From the IMG/VR virus record IMGVR_UViG_3300050143_000020, positions 1,984 to 65,983 of that record: a stretch of 64,000 bases of DNA; one strand, given 5' to 3'. The first letter of the stretch is position 1. Each line of letters opens with the position of its first letter. Source of the DNA: a virus. Of the stretch, positions 47,215 to 57,130 are shown piece after piece. The position numbers and the translations under genes were made by a program. A model generated the notes under the pieces. That model ran no database searches and had not been told where the DNA came from. It worked only from the letters and a program-made list of their open reading frames with translations.

Positions 47215-49026
47215 ATGTCAGATTTTAAAATTTTGAATGATAGAGAGCACGTGCTACTTAGAAGTGGCATGTACATTGGATCAACTTCTCTAGAAGAAGT
47301 TTTTGGTATCGTTAATTTCAAATTCCAATCAAATTCCATTGTTCCTGGATTGATAAAGTGTATCGAGGAAGGATTGCAAAATTCATTAGATGAATTTTCC
47401 AGAACAGATGGGAATTTTGCAAACAAGATTGATATTATAATCGATCAATCTAATGATTTGACAATTTCAATCCAAGACAATGGCAGAGGAATTCCTGTTG
47501 AAAAGATAGGAGATGTATATCGACCAGTTCTTGCATGGACAACATTAAGAGCGGGATCAAATTTTGATGATTCGAATAGAATTGGAGCTGGACAGAATGG
47601 GGTTGGTATTTCTCTTGTGAACATCTTTTCGAAAGAATTTATCGGAGAAACAGATGATGGGAATCAGTCACTGCATCTTAAATGCAAGAACAACATGAGC
47701 GAAATTTCTTTTGATGTCAAGAAATCTAATAATCGAAGAGGTACGCTTGTTAAATTTTCTCCAGATCTAACAAGATTTGGAATTGATAGCTTTACCTTTG
47801 ATCACACAGAAATTATCAGAGATAGACTTTACAATCTATCCATCATATATCCATCCATTGTCTTTACTTTGAATGGAGAAAAGATAAAATTCTCAACAAT
47901 AGAAAATATCGCAAAGAAATTTCATGCAAATGCTATTTCTAGTGATACGAAATCATGTAGGCTGATAATTGCTCCTTCTGGATCGGATCAAGAATTTAGA
48001 TGTATTTCATATGTGAACGGGATCTATGTTAAGAACGGAGGTTCTCATGTAGATTATATCATCAGTTCTATGATAAACGAACTGCGTCCGATGATTAAGA
48101 AGAAATGGAAAATTGATGTATCTCCTAATGGAATCAAACAACATATACTATTAGGTTGCTGGACTAGTAAATTTCAAAATTTGAAGTTTGATAGTCAAAC
48201 TAAAGAATGTATCAAAAATTCGAATCAAGAAGTTCAATCTCACTTCAATGACATTGATTTCAAGAAGATTGCCAAGCAAGTGATTGATAACGAAGCAATC
48301 ATCATGCCAATCATCGAAGCTATTCTTTTCAAGAAGGAACAAGAAGAACGTCGAGAGGCTGCTAAACTAGCGAAGCAATCTAAAAAGATTCAGGTTGTAA
48401 ATCATATAGAGGCACAATCCAAACATCCAGAAGAAAAGACATTGTTCTTGACAGAAGGTCTTTCTGCTTGTGGTCCAATTCTTGCTGTTCGGAATGCTAT
48501 GACTACTGGGTCGTATGCTCTTCGAGGCAAGGTGATGAATACATATGGAATGAAACCAGTTGAAATTCTGAAGAATAAAGAATATTTCGAACTATGTGCT
48601 GTTCTTGGTCTCGAATTTGGTAAGCCTATTGATGGACTGACATACGGAAAAATTGCTGTGATGTCTGATGCTGATCCTGATGGAGATGCAATTTTTTGTT
48701 CTTTGCTATCTTTCTTTTCTGCTTGGCCTGATCTTTTCAAGCAATCTAGAATTTACAGAGTTCGATCTCCTTTGTATGTTTGCCAGAAGAAAGGCAAGAA
48801 GAAACTATTCTATACATATGAAGAATTTCAGAAAGCAAAGCTTGATTCTTCATGGGAAGTGAATTATATCAAAGGTCTTGGTTCTTTGGATCAAGAAGAC
48901 TATGCAGAAGTGATTAATAATCCTGTGCTTGTCAAGGTGTCTGCTTTGGATGATCAAGATATCAATATGATAGATATCGCATTTGGTGATTCATCGGATG
49001 AACGTAAAAAATGGATGTTGGAGTGA
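47215..49026 (+). CDS. gp39: DNA topoisomerase II large subunit (unsplit gp39+60)
   Basis: MYIGS, E...NS.DE, DNGRGIP, GSNF, G.NG.G, LTEGLSA, LRGK.MN, DADPDG, YIKGLGS; GAGG RBS. Confidence 0.95.
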   Translation: MSDFKILNDREHVLLRSGMYIGSTSLEEVFGIVNFKFQSNSIVPGLIKCIEEGLQNSLDEFSRTDGNFANKIDIIIDQSNDLTISIQDNGRGIPVEKIGDVYRPVLAWTTLRAGSNFDDSNRIGAGQNGVGISLVNIFSKEFIGETDDGNQSLHLKCKNNMSEISFDVKKSNNRRGTLVKFSPDLTRFGIDSFTFDHTEIIRDRLYNLSIIYPSIVFTLNGEKIKFSTIENIAKKFHANAISSDTKSCRLIIAPSGSDQEFRCISYVNGIYVKNGGSHVDYIISSMINELRPMIKKKWKIDVSPNGIKQHILLGCWTSKFQNLKFDSQTKECIKNSNQEVQSHFNDIDFKKIAKQVIDNEAIIMPIIEAILFKKEQEERREAAKLAKQSKKIQVVNHIEAQSKHPEEKTLFLTEGLSACGPILAVRNAMTTGSYALRGKVMNTYGMKPVEILKNKEYFELCAVLGLEFGKPIDGLTYGKIAVMSDADPDGDAIFCSLLSFFSAWPDLFKQSRIYRVRSPLYVCQKKGKKKLFYTYEEFQKAKLDSSWEVNYIKGLGSLDQEDYAEVINNPVLVKVSALDDQDINMIDIAFGDSSDERKKWMLE

Positions 49027-49028
49027 AT

Positions 49029-49295
49029 ATGAGTGTTTCTATCTCTGCGGCTGTTGTTGTTGGTCTTCGTAGAAATGAATTCGAAGATGCTGACAAATTG
49101 GATGAATTATTGGACAACGGTGAGTTATGTATGTATGCTCCTTATTATGATGGATGGCAAGAAGCTATCATCGGTATAGAGCTTTATCGTGGACAGTTTG
49201 AATTTGATGGAGTTAAAGTCATTGAAAAATTCGTTGAATTCCATAACTTGACAGGACAACATGGAAAACTTTTCGTTGCTCCTGATGTTTATTGA
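49029..49295 (+). CDS. Hypothetical protein
   Basis: GGAG RBS before ATG 49029. Confidence 0.65.
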   Translation: MSVSISAAVVVGLRRNEFEDADKLDELLDNGELCMYAPYYDGWQEAIIGIELYRGQFEFDGVKVIEKFVEFHNLTGQHGKLFVAPDVY

Positions 49296-49304
49296 GGATT
49301 GATT

Positions 49305-50672
49305 ATGTTAGATGAGCTTTTTGAAGATGAAGCAAAGCCAGTAAAATCAGAAGTAAAGATCATTCGATCTGGAACATCTGTTAAGAGTTTGATCAATGTA
49401 GACTATCGTGGTTATGCGATGTATGTTCTTGAACATCGTGCGATTCCATCTGTGATCGATGGATTCAAGACATCTCAACGTAAACTGTTCTATGCCATGC
49501 AAAAGAATGGCGGAAAGAAGATTAAGCTAGCCGAACTCGGTGGTAGTCTTTCTTCTTATGGATATGCACACGGAGAATCATCTGCACAAGCTGCTGCTGT
49601 CAACATGTCTCAAGAATGGGCAAATAACATTGCGCCTTTCATCGGACATGGGAACTTTGGAACTCGTTTGATCCAAGAAGCAGCTGCACCGAGATACATC
49701 TATGCGACAATGAATCCTTTAGCAGAAAAGATCTTCAATGACAATGATGTTCTGAACAAAAATGAAGATCCAGATGACGTAGAACCACATCACTATCTAC
49801 CTATCATCCCTTGGGTACTTTTAAACGGGATTAAAGGTATCGCCGTCGGGTTTGCTGTTGATATACTACCTAGGACACCTAAAGCGCTAATCCAAGCCTG
49901 TAGAGAGTATATTTCAACTGGCTCTATCAAGATTGATCTTGTTCCTTCGTTCCCATCTTTCAGAGGAGAAGTTCGAAAGATTGAAGATGGCAAATACATG
50001 TCTGTCGGTGTCATTGAAAAGGGACTGCGCAACTCTTATGTGATCTCAGATCTTCCATGGGGTCATGATCGAGAATCGTACTTCAATCATCTTGTTGCAA
50101 TGCAGGAAGATAAGAAGATCAATTCTTTTGAAGATCACTGTGACAAAACTGGTTTCAATTTTGTTGTGAAGATGGATCCAGAACAAAGAACTAAAGCAGA
50201 AGTTGATCTGATCAAATACTTCAAGCTGTCTAAGATTCATACAGAAAATTACACAACTCTTGATGAGAATGGTAAACTTAGAGTATTCAATCATGTGAAT
50301 GAAATCATTGCATATTTTTGCAACTACAGAATCAAGAAGAAGAAAGAACAGCTGGATTTCAATGTTCAGAAGATTCAAGATGATCTGGATTTTTTACTTG
50401 CCAAGCAATTGTTCATAGATCGTGTTTTGATATCCGGTGTTCGTGAAGTCTCGACATGGAAGCTTGATGTATTCAAGTCTTGGATTCTTGAAATCGTGAA
50501 GAAGAAAGATTTTGTCGATTCCTTATCAAAGACTCCTGTATACAAATTCACATATGATGAAATTCAGGCTCTAGAAGATGAGATTTCTAAGAAGACTATT
50601 CTATTGGAAGAAGCAAAGCAACAGGTATCAGATAAAGTTCTTGTTGCAGAAATGATATCACTGAAAGTATGA
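49305..50672 (+). CDS. gp52: DNA topoisomerase II medium subunit
   Basis: RAIPS.IDGFK..QRK, YAHGE.S, GNFGTR...AAAPRYI, GIAVGFA. Confidence 0.95.
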   Translation: MLDELFEDEAKPVKSEVKIIRSGTSVKSLINVDYRGYAMYVLEHRAIPSVIDGFKTSQRKLFYAMQKNGGKKIKLAELGGSLSSYGYAHGESSAQAAAVNMSQEWANNIAPFIGHGNFGTRLIQEAAAPRYIYATMNPLAEKIFNDNDVLNKNEDPDDVEPHHYLPIIPWVLLNGIKGIAVGFAVDILPRTPKALIQACREYISTGSIKIDLVPSFPSFRGEVRKIEDGKYMSVGVIEKGLRNSYVISDLPWGHDRESYFNHLVAMQEDKKINSFEDHCDKTGFNFVVKMDPEQRTKAEVDLIKYFKLSKIHTENYTTLDENGKLRVFNHVNEIIAYFCNYRIKKKKEQLDFNVQKIQDDLDFLLAKQLFIDRVLISGVREVSTWKLDVFKSWILEIVKKKDFVDSLSKTPVYKFTYDEIQALEDEISKKTILLEEAKQQVSDKVLVAEMISLKV

Positions 50673-51706
50673 GTTTATTCGTTGATCAGACATACATTGG
50701 ACTGATCGGACAAAGACTAAATCTTTTCAGACAAGTGAAGTCTGATCTGTACAATTTTCGTTGTCCGATTTGCGGAGACTCGTCTAAGAACGAGTACAAG
50801 AGAAGAGCATATTTCTACAAGAATAAGTCAGGAGAAGGCTTCAACTTTCAATGTCATAATTGTGGTGGATCGCATTCTCTGTATAAATTCATTGAGATTG
50901 TCTTTCCAGAATTTATCAAGCAATACAAGTTTGAAACATTTTCATCTTCTGGAAAAAGCATTGGTCTCATAGAAGAAGCAATTCCATTCAAGAAACTAGA
51001 AGTTATCTTTGATGGAATCACGCCTATGGATCTTCTTCCTGATGATCATCCTGCTGTTCGATATCTACTGAATGAAAGAAGACTTCCTGTTTCTTTGCTT
51101 GAGAGGTTCCTGCATGTTGATAAATATGTAGAGTGGTTGAAAGAAACGACTCAGGATGAAGATCTGAAATACAAAGAACATTCCAGAATCCTAATTCCAT
51201 ACACAAACAAGAACGATCATATCTATCGATATGTTGCGCGTTCTTACGATTCCGATTACGCAGCAAAATATCTCTACACGGATCTCGATCTGGGATCTCC
51301 GATTTACAATTTCTATCATGTCGATCATGATAAGAAGATCTATGCTGTAGAAGGACAGATTGATGCAATGTTGATTGGACAACAAGCAATTGCACTAGGA
51401 AACGGAAAATATGATCAACACGACTTGACATCTTTCAAAGATTGTGTAATAATACCAGACAATGAATGTAGAAATGTTCAAATCGTGAACTCGCTTGGGA
51501 AAGCGATTGATTCTGGACTTTCTGTATGCATCTGGCCAACATTCTACGGCAAAGACATCAATGATATGATCTTGAATGGGCTAAAGATTGAAGAAATACT
51601 GGAGATTGTTGATTCCAACACATTCTCCGGAATAAAAGCAAAAATAAAGTTTCAACAATGGAGAAAAACAATAAATGACAAATCAAACCTATTCAATAGG
51701 AGATAA
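50669..51706 (+). CDS. gp61: DNA primase
   Basis: NFRCPICGDS.KN..K.R, CHNCG, VEGQIDA, PDNE.RN, KDINDM. Confidence 0.95.
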   Translation: MSLFVDQTYIGLIGQRLNLFRQVKSDLYNFRCPICGDSSKNEYKRRAYFYKNKSGEGFNFQCHNCGGSHSLYKFIEIVFPEFIKQYKFETFSSSGKSIGLIEEAIPFKKLEVIFDGITPMDLLPDDHPAVRYLLNERRLPVSLLERFLHVDKYVEWLKETTQDEDLKYKEHSRILIPYTNKNDHIYRYVARSYDSDYAAKYLYTDLDLGSPIYNFYHVDHDKKIYAVEGQIDAMLIGQQAIALGNGKYDQHDLTSFKDCVIIPDNECRNVQIVNSLGKAIDSGLSVCIWPTFYGKDINDMILNGLKIEEILEIVDSNTFSGIKAKIKFQQWRKTINDKSNLFNRR

Positions 51707-52532
51707 CACAAGTGCGACGATTATTGCAGATTCTGTAAATCAATACGGCAATCGCATCATAACATTCAGTCTCAAATACTGGCGAGCAATTCATGGAGAA
51801 GTGATGACGCATAGAGTTTTTAGCAGGAATGCTTCAAGCTCCAGAGCTATTCCAGTTGCTAAGATGATCGAACAAGTAGAGAAGAATCCTTTTATTCAAT
51901 TGAAGGTCGGAAAGAATATTCCTGGTATGCAAGCAAAGGAATATCTAGAAGGAGATGAACTTGAAGCATTTCATACTGAATGGCGTAAATCTGCTCAAAT
52001 GATGGCAGATCAAGCAAAGGTCATGAATGCAATGGGAGTTCATAAACAGTCTATTAATCGGATCCTCGAGCCTTGGCAGATCATGAATACTGTTCTAACA
52101 GCAACAGATTACGATAATTTCGATGAACTTCGAATTCATGATGATGCAGAGCCTCATATCAATGCTTTAGCTACTTGCATGAAACAAGCAAAAGATGCTT
52201 CGATTCCAGTAAAACGTGTTTCTGTGAATGATTGGCATCTTCCTTATATCTCGGATGAAGAACGTAAGACTTTGCCGATCGAAACTCTGCTTGCTTGCTC
52301 GACTGCACGCTGTGCTCGTGTTAGCTATCTGACTCACGAAGGTAAGGAACCTGATCCAGAAGCAGATAAAATCTTGTTTGAACGTCTTGTTGGTTCTCGT
52401 CCATTACATGCATCGCCATGTGAACATCAAGCATATGCATCTCCTGTCAAGGGATATGTAAAGAATTTCAACGGCTGGGTCCAGCACAGAGCATTAATCG
52501 AATCAAATCTTTGGAGCGACCTCGGGATTTGA
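51675..52532 (+). CDS. thyX: Flavin-dependent thymidylate synthase, phage type
   Basis: THRVFSRNASSSRAIP, HKQ..NR.LEP, STARCARVSY, HASP.EHQA. Confidence 0.88.
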   Translation: MTNQTYSIGDNTSATIIADSVNQYGNRIITFSLKYWRAIHGEVMTHRVFSRNASSSRAIPVAKMIEQVEKNPFIQLKVGKNIPGMQAKEYLEGDELEAFHTEWRKSAQMMADQAKVMNAMGVHKQSINRILEPWQIMNTVLTATDYDNFDELRIHDDAEPHINALATCMKQAKDASIPVKRVSVNDWHLPYISDEERKTLPIETLLACSTARCARVSYLTHEGKEPDPEADKILFERLVGSRPLHASPCEHQAYASPVKGYVKNFNGWVQHRALIESNLWSDLGI

Positions 52533-52535
52533 ATT

Positions 52536-52562
52536 TAAATATCATCCCTGGAATTCAGGGAT
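52536..52562 (+). promoter_or_regulatory. Late promoter core followed by hairpin ATCCCTG-GAATT-CAGGGAT
   Basis: TAAATA at 52536-52541; 7-bp stem 52544-52562. Confidence 0.45.
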
Positions 52563-52607
52563 CGAATTAATGCTTGTGTAACTAAAATAAAAAGAAAAGG
52601 TTAGGTA

Positions 52608-54842
52608 ATGGACATTCAAGAAGTTGGTGATATTGGTAAAGGCATGTTGTCACAATCTAAGTTTTATATGGGATATAGTAGATGGAATGACGAACTAGAA
52701 CGATACGAAACATGGGAAGAATCAGTACAACGTGTCATGCAAATGCATCGGGAGAAATATAAAGACAGGATGACTCCAGAACTCGAAGAGTTGATTCATT
52801 TTGCACAGAAAGCATATGAAGAACAATTGATTCTAGGTGCCCAAAGAGCTCTACAATTTGGCGGAGAGCAATTGTTCAAGCATGAAGCTCGTATGTATAA
52901 TTGCACAGTTAGTCATGTTGATCGCCCACGATTCTTCTCTGAAGCGATGTATATGCTTCTATGCGGATGTGGAGTTGGATTTAGCGTACAAAAACAGCAC
53001 ATTGAAAAACTTCCTAGTTTGAAGAAGAGAAGTGAAAAGAAATCCAAAGTTTTTGTCATTCCAGATACGATTGAAGGGTGGGCTGATGCTTTTGGTGTCT
53101 TGCTAGCTAGTTATTTTGATATCGAAGGAGATTTCAAAGAATATAAGGGATGTCAGGTTCACTTTGACTATAGCAAGATTCGTCCGAAGGGTGCTTTGAT
53201 TTCTGGTGGATTTAAAGCTCCTGGTCCAGATGGTTTGCGTCAGTCTCTTCAGAAATGTGAAGCTCTCATTGATTCTCTTTTTGTCGGAAACGAAACACAT
53301 GTCAAGATGCCTAGCATTGTTGCATATGATTTTGTAATGCATATGTCCGATGCTGTTCTTTCTGGTGGAGTTCGTCGTAGTGCTACCATTTGCATGTTCA
53401 GTAAAGATGACACCGATATGCTAAATGCCAAGACAGGCGATTGGTTTATTACGAATCCTCAACGTGGTAGAAGTAACAATTCTGTCATGTTGCAACGAGA
53501 TGATGTCACTCGCGAAGAATGGCATGAGATCATGAAGTCTGTGCGACAAGTTGGAGAACCTGGATTTATCTTTACCGATAATCTGGAATTCTGCTATAAT
53601 CCATGTGTAGAAATTGGAATGCTCCCAAAATCAGAAGATGATGAGAGTGGATTTCAAGTCTGTAATTTGACAGAAACAAATGGCGGAAAATGTGTTGATA
53701 GATCAGCTCTGATGCGAGCGAGTAAAGCTAGTGCGATTCTTGGTACGTTGCAAGCTGGATATACGAACTTCAAATATCTAACCGATGCATCGAAGAAAAT
53801 TATCGAACGTGAAGCCCTTCTAGGCGTTAGTATCACGGGCTGGATGAATAACCCAGATGTTCTGTTCGATGAAACTAACATGAAGGATGCTGCTGAAGAA
53901 GTTAAGAAGTGGAACAAGATTACAGCTGAACTCATTGGAATTAATCCTGCTGCTAGATGTACTGCTGTCAAGCCTTCTGGTAATGCTAGCGTTCTTCTGG
54001 GTACTGCATCTGGAATTCATGGCGAACATTCTCCTTTGTATTTCAGAAATGTTCAAATGAATGATCAAGATGATGTGCTAGGATTGATTCAGAAGAATAA
54101 TCCAGAAATGATTGAAAATAGCGTTTGGTCTTCTACTGGAACTGATAAAGTTGTGAGTTTTCCTGTTGTGAGCAAGCCTGGAAGCATATATAAGAATGAT
54201 CTTCTAGGAACAAAGCAACTAGAGTTTGTCAAGAAGGCACAACAGGTATGGATTGAGCATGGAACAAATCTTGATCTTTGTGTAGATAAACGACTCCGTC
54301 ATAATGTCAGCAACACGATTACTGTCGATGATTGGGATGAAGTAGAAGAATACATCTACGAAAATCGACGTTGGTTTGCTGGGATTTCTCTTTTATCGGC
54401 TATGGGCGATAAGGCGTATCCACAAGCTCCTTTCACTGAAGTTTTTGAAGCAAAAGATATCCTTGAAAAATATGGCAATGCAAGTATGATGGCATCTGGT
54501 CTGATCATTGATGCTCTGCACGCGTTCAATAATAATCTTTGGGTTGCATGTGATACCGTGAATGGCTGGGGAGAGAAGCTTGACGAAACCAAGAAGGAAG
54601 ATCTTCTGAAGAGGGATTGGATTCGAAGAGCTAATAAATTCTCTGTGAATTATTTCAATGGCAATCGTCTGGAAATGACGAATTGCCTGAAGGATTGTTT
54701 CAATCTTCATAAGTGGTGCACTATTTCGAATTCTCTGAAGAAGATTGATTTTAGTTCCGAACTACAGAAGAAGACCTTCGTTGATGTTGATACCCTAGCT
54801 GGAGCAGCATGCGCCGGTGGAACGTGTGAAATAATTTTCTGA
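52608..54842 (+). CDS. nrdJ: Ribonucleotide reductase, probably monomeric class II (B12-dependent) type
   Basis: YNC, GGVRRSA, NPCVEI, CNLTE, KPSG, C-terminal CAGGTCE; no beta subunit in the window; class not certain. Confidence 0.7.
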   Translation: MDIQEVGDIGKGMLSQSKFYMGYSRWNDELERYETWEESVQRVMQMHREKYKDRMTPELEELIHFAQKAYEEQLILGAQRALQFGGEQLFKHEARMYNCTVSHVDRPRFFSEAMYMLLCGCGVGFSVQKQHIEKLPSLKKRSEKKSKVFVIPDTIEGWADAFGVLLASYFDIEGDFKEYKGCQVHFDYSKIRPKGALISGGFKAPGPDGLRQSLQKCEALIDSLFVGNETHVKMPSIVAYDFVMHMSDAVLSGGVRRSATICMFSKDDTDMLNAKTGDWFITNPQRGRSNNSVMLQRDDVTREEWHEIMKSVRQVGEPGFIFTDNLEFCYNPCVEIGMLPKSEDDESGFQVCNLTETNGGKCVDRSALMRASKASAILGTLQAGYTNFKYLTDASKKIIEREALLGVSITGWMNNPDVLFDETNMKDAAEEVKKWNKITAELIGINPAARCTAVKPSGNASVLLGTASGIHGEHSPLYFRNVQMNDQDDVLGLIQKNNPEMIENSVWSSTGTDKVVSFPVVSKPGSIYKNDLLGTKQLEFVKKAQQVWIEHGTNLDLCVDKRLRHNVSNTITVDDWDEVEEYIYENRRWFAGISLLSAMGDKAYPQAPFTEVFEAKDILEKYGNASMMASGLIIDALHAFNNNLWVACDTVNGWGEKLDETKKEDLLKRDWIRRANKFSVNYFNGNRLEMTNCLKDCFNLHKWCTISNSLKKIDFSSELQKKTFVDVDTLAGAACAGGTCEIIF

Positions 54843-54859
54843 AAAAGATAGGGAAGCGA

Positions 54860-55081
54860 ATGATTGAATCGCCTTGTATCAAAAAATGCGAACTGCGTAA
54901 CAACAGATGTATAGCATGTGGAAGAACAATCGAAGAAATTTCGAATTGGAAAACTTTTACAGATGACCAGAAAGTTTCTGTTCTTGCTAGGATACGAGCA
55001 GATACATATTGGCCAGACATTTGCTTCCCTCCTATCAATCTTCTTGTTCTACATTCAGCTAAATGGAATAATTTCAAATGA
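54860..55081 (+). CDS. DUF1289-like Cys-rich protein
   Basis: SPCIKKC......CIACGRT.EEI..W. Confidence 0.8.
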   Translation: MIESPCIKKCELRNNRCIACGRTIEEISNWKTFTDDQKVSVLARIRADTYWPDICFPPINLLVLHSAKWNNFK

Positions 55082-55311
55082 CAGATATTACAATTACAAT
55101 TTCAGGTCCAGGCAAAACATTTTCTGCAGAACTACATGTTATCAAGCAAGCCCTAGAATACCTAGGTTGCATTGTTACAATTGAAGATCCGTATCAAGAT
55201 GATAGCAACGATCATTCTATCGAAGAACATGTTGATCGTATGAAAACTATGAATAAAGATAGCCCAACAAAAGTACATATCAAGGCAAATCATATGCCTT
55301 GGGGAGGTTGA
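55078..55311 (+). CDS. Hypothetical protein
   Basis: ends H.PWGG; ATGA overlap. Confidence 0.6.
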   Translation: MTDITITISGPGKTFSAELHVIKQALEYLGCIVTIEDPYQDDSNDHSIEEHVDRMKTMNKDSPTKVHIKANHMPWGG

Positions 55312-55336
55312 CTTTTCTTTATTCTTCGTGTATAAT
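55308..55336 (+). promoter_or_regulatory. Early promoter TTGACT-17-TATAAT
   Basis: Consensus match. Confidence 0.75.
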
Positions 55337-55358
55337 GTAACTTTATAAAAGGTTAGAA

Positions 55359-55652
55359 ATGAATAGACTACAATACCTTCTGATGAAGCTAGCAGAAGAA
55401 TCATCTGAGATAACTCAGATTTCTCTGAAGACTGCTCAATTCGGATATGATTCATCATGGAATGGAAGCCCAACAAATATCGAACACTGTCATAAAGAGT
55501 TGGATGATTTGATGGCTGCTATTGAAATGCTGAATGAAGAATTTGATTTCGGTTACGCTTTCGACCGCGAAGCAATTGATGCTAAGAAAGCAAAAGTGAA
55601 TAAGTTCTATCAAATTTCGGTAGATTTGAATAAAAATAATCAAGGAGAATAA
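55359..55652 (+). CDS. MazG-like nucleotide pyrophosphohydrolase
   Basis: LAEE.SE..Q...K...FG ... EL.DL.A..E.L. Confidence 0.65.
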   Translation: MNRLQYLLMKLAEESSEITQISLKTAQFGYDSSWNGSPTNIEHCHKELDDLMAAIEMLNEEFDFGYAFDREAIDAKKAKVNKFYQISVDLNKNNQGE

Positions 55653-55654
55653 TA

Positions 55655-55957
55655 ATGGCTACTTTCCCAATTCCAAGTGATCCAGTTCAGAAGGACAAGA
55701 TCATGGCTGTCGTTCGTGAGATTTCTGGGTCTATGACTCGAATCGAAGCAGAACGAGATTACATCAAGGAAGCAGTGACAGAACTTGCTAAGGATCAACA
55801 GATTCCGAAGAAGCTTCTGAATCAATTTGCTCGTGCTTATCATAAGTCGAATTTTGCGCAAGTCGTTGGAACGAATGAAGAATTCGAAGAATTGACTCTT
55901 GCTCTTCAACCAAAGGCAATTGTAGATGATTTCCAGACAGGCGATGACGATGAGTGA
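55655..55957 (+). CDS. dsbA: dsDNA-binding protein, T4 DsbA-like
   Basis: RIEAERD.IKE...L......PKK..N..AR.YHK.NF.....NEEFEEL. Confidence 0.65.
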   Translation: MATFPIPSDPVQKDKIMAVVREISGSMTRIEAERDYIKEAVTELAKDQQIPKKLLNQFARAYHKSNFAQVVGTNEEFEELTLALQPKAIVDDFQTGDDDE

Positions 55958-56168
55958 ATTTGCAATCGGGGATGTTGTATATCATCCTCATACAGGAAAG
56001 AAGATGACAGTTGAACGGCTTGGCTGGCTCGATGTTGTCGAGACTGCATGGTTTCAATTGAATGAAGCTACTCGAGAGCACGAACTAAAGAGACAAACTT
56101 TCAGAGCAGAAGATCTTCGTCATGCTTTAGCAGAAGATTTCTCTGATCGAGATATTCTTAAAGGATGA
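55950..56168 (+). CDS. Small hypothetical protein (YodC-like start)
   Basis: F.IGDVV.....G..MTV. Confidence 0.55.
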   Translation: MSEFAIGDVVYHPHTGKKMTVERLGWLDVVETAWFQLNEATREHELKRQTFRAEDLRHALAEDFSDRDILKG

Positions 56169-56423
56169 TTGATGTATTATGTCTATTTGAGTGATGTTGC
56201 TACAGCAGAATGGTATAAATTACCGTGTTGCTTCATACCTAAGCAATTGATTGGAATGTATGGGATGCTGTTTGAAATTAGAAAAGATGAGCATATCATG
56301 AAATCTCTTCTTGATGATCCGATCAAACGATCATTTGGATGGGTTATCCAAACAGAAAACGGTAAAATCATATCAGATATTCTGGAATTAGCTGCTGATA
56401 TCAAAGAAAGGATTTCAAAATGA
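56169..56423 (+). CDS. Hypothetical protein
   Basis: AAGGA RBS. Confidence 0.6.
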   Translation: MMYYVYLSDVATAEWYKLPCCFIPKQLIGMYGMLFEIRKDEHIMKSLLDDPIKRSFGWVIQTENGKIISDILELAADIKERISK

Positions 56424-56490
56424 GCATTTTAGAATTTACATTGCTTCTCATAGCAATCGTTTTCATTCGTGAATACTTTATCAGGAAGAA

Positions 56491-56856
56491 ATGAAGGTTA
56501 TCGTTGCAGGATCCAGAGATTTCAAAGATTCATCGCTAATCTTTGCTGTTCTGGATCATCTACATTCCAGACATGGCTTCACTGCTATCGTATGTGGAAT
56601 GGCACAAGGCCCAGATTTGATTGGGAAAGAATGGGCAGATTCCAGAGGAATTGAAGTTATGGAATTTCCTGCGAATTGGAAGAAGTACAAGAATGCTGCT
56701 GGTCCAATCAGAAATTCTGAGATGGCAGAAGTTGCAGATTTCTTGGTTGCTTTTTGGGATGGAGAGTCAACAGGAACAAAAGATATGATCTCGAAGATGC
56801 GTAACAAAGTTTTACATCTTCATATGATTGATAAAGAAGGTCCGATTGATCTTTGA
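56491..56856 (+). CDS. SLOG-family protein (YspA/DUF2493-like)
   Basis: KVIVAGSRDF, IV.G.A.G.D..G..WA, AGPIRN.EM, AFWDG.S.GT..MI. Confidence 0.85.
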   Translation: MKVIVAGSRDFKDSSLIFAVLDHLHSRHGFTAIVCGMAQGPDLIGKEWADSRGIEVMEFPANWKKYKNAAGPIRNSEMAEVADFLVAFWDGESTGTKDMISKMRNKVLHLHMIDKEGPIDL

Positions 56857-56894
56857 TCTTGTCTTAACATATCAACTGAATCAGTAAAATGATG

Positions 56895-56923
56895 TTGACT
56901 TGAAGCAGAACTCCTTGTATAAT
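56895..56923 (+). promoter_or_regulatory. Early promoter TTGACT-17-TATAAT
   Basis: Consensus match. Confidence 0.75.
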
Positions 56924-56959
56924 CACTTTATTGGTTAGCGAAGATACAAGGAGTTTAAT

Positions 56960-57121
56960 ATGAACATTGCAGATATCATCAACAAAGTGAATTCCCAAGT
57001 TCAGAAGGAAAATAATTCTTCGAATGATTTGCGCGATTGGGTTCGTAAAGAACACGCTAAGATTGATGATCCAAAGTTCAAGTCTTATTCTTGGATTGCT
57101 GAATTGATCAACCCAAACTGA
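56960..57121 (+). CDS. Small hypothetical protein (53 aa)
   Basis: AAGGAG RBS; translated by hand. Confidence 0.6.
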   Translation: MNIADIINKVNSQVQKENNSSNDLRDWVRKEHAKIDDPKFKSYSWIAELINPN

Positions 57122-57130
57122 AAGATTATC

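Noticed and set aside
45922-47215. Group I intron or translational bypass joining the topoisomerase pieces
   Set aside because: The downstream gene is already full length with its own start; the insert is nearly all antisense ORF with no room for an intron core
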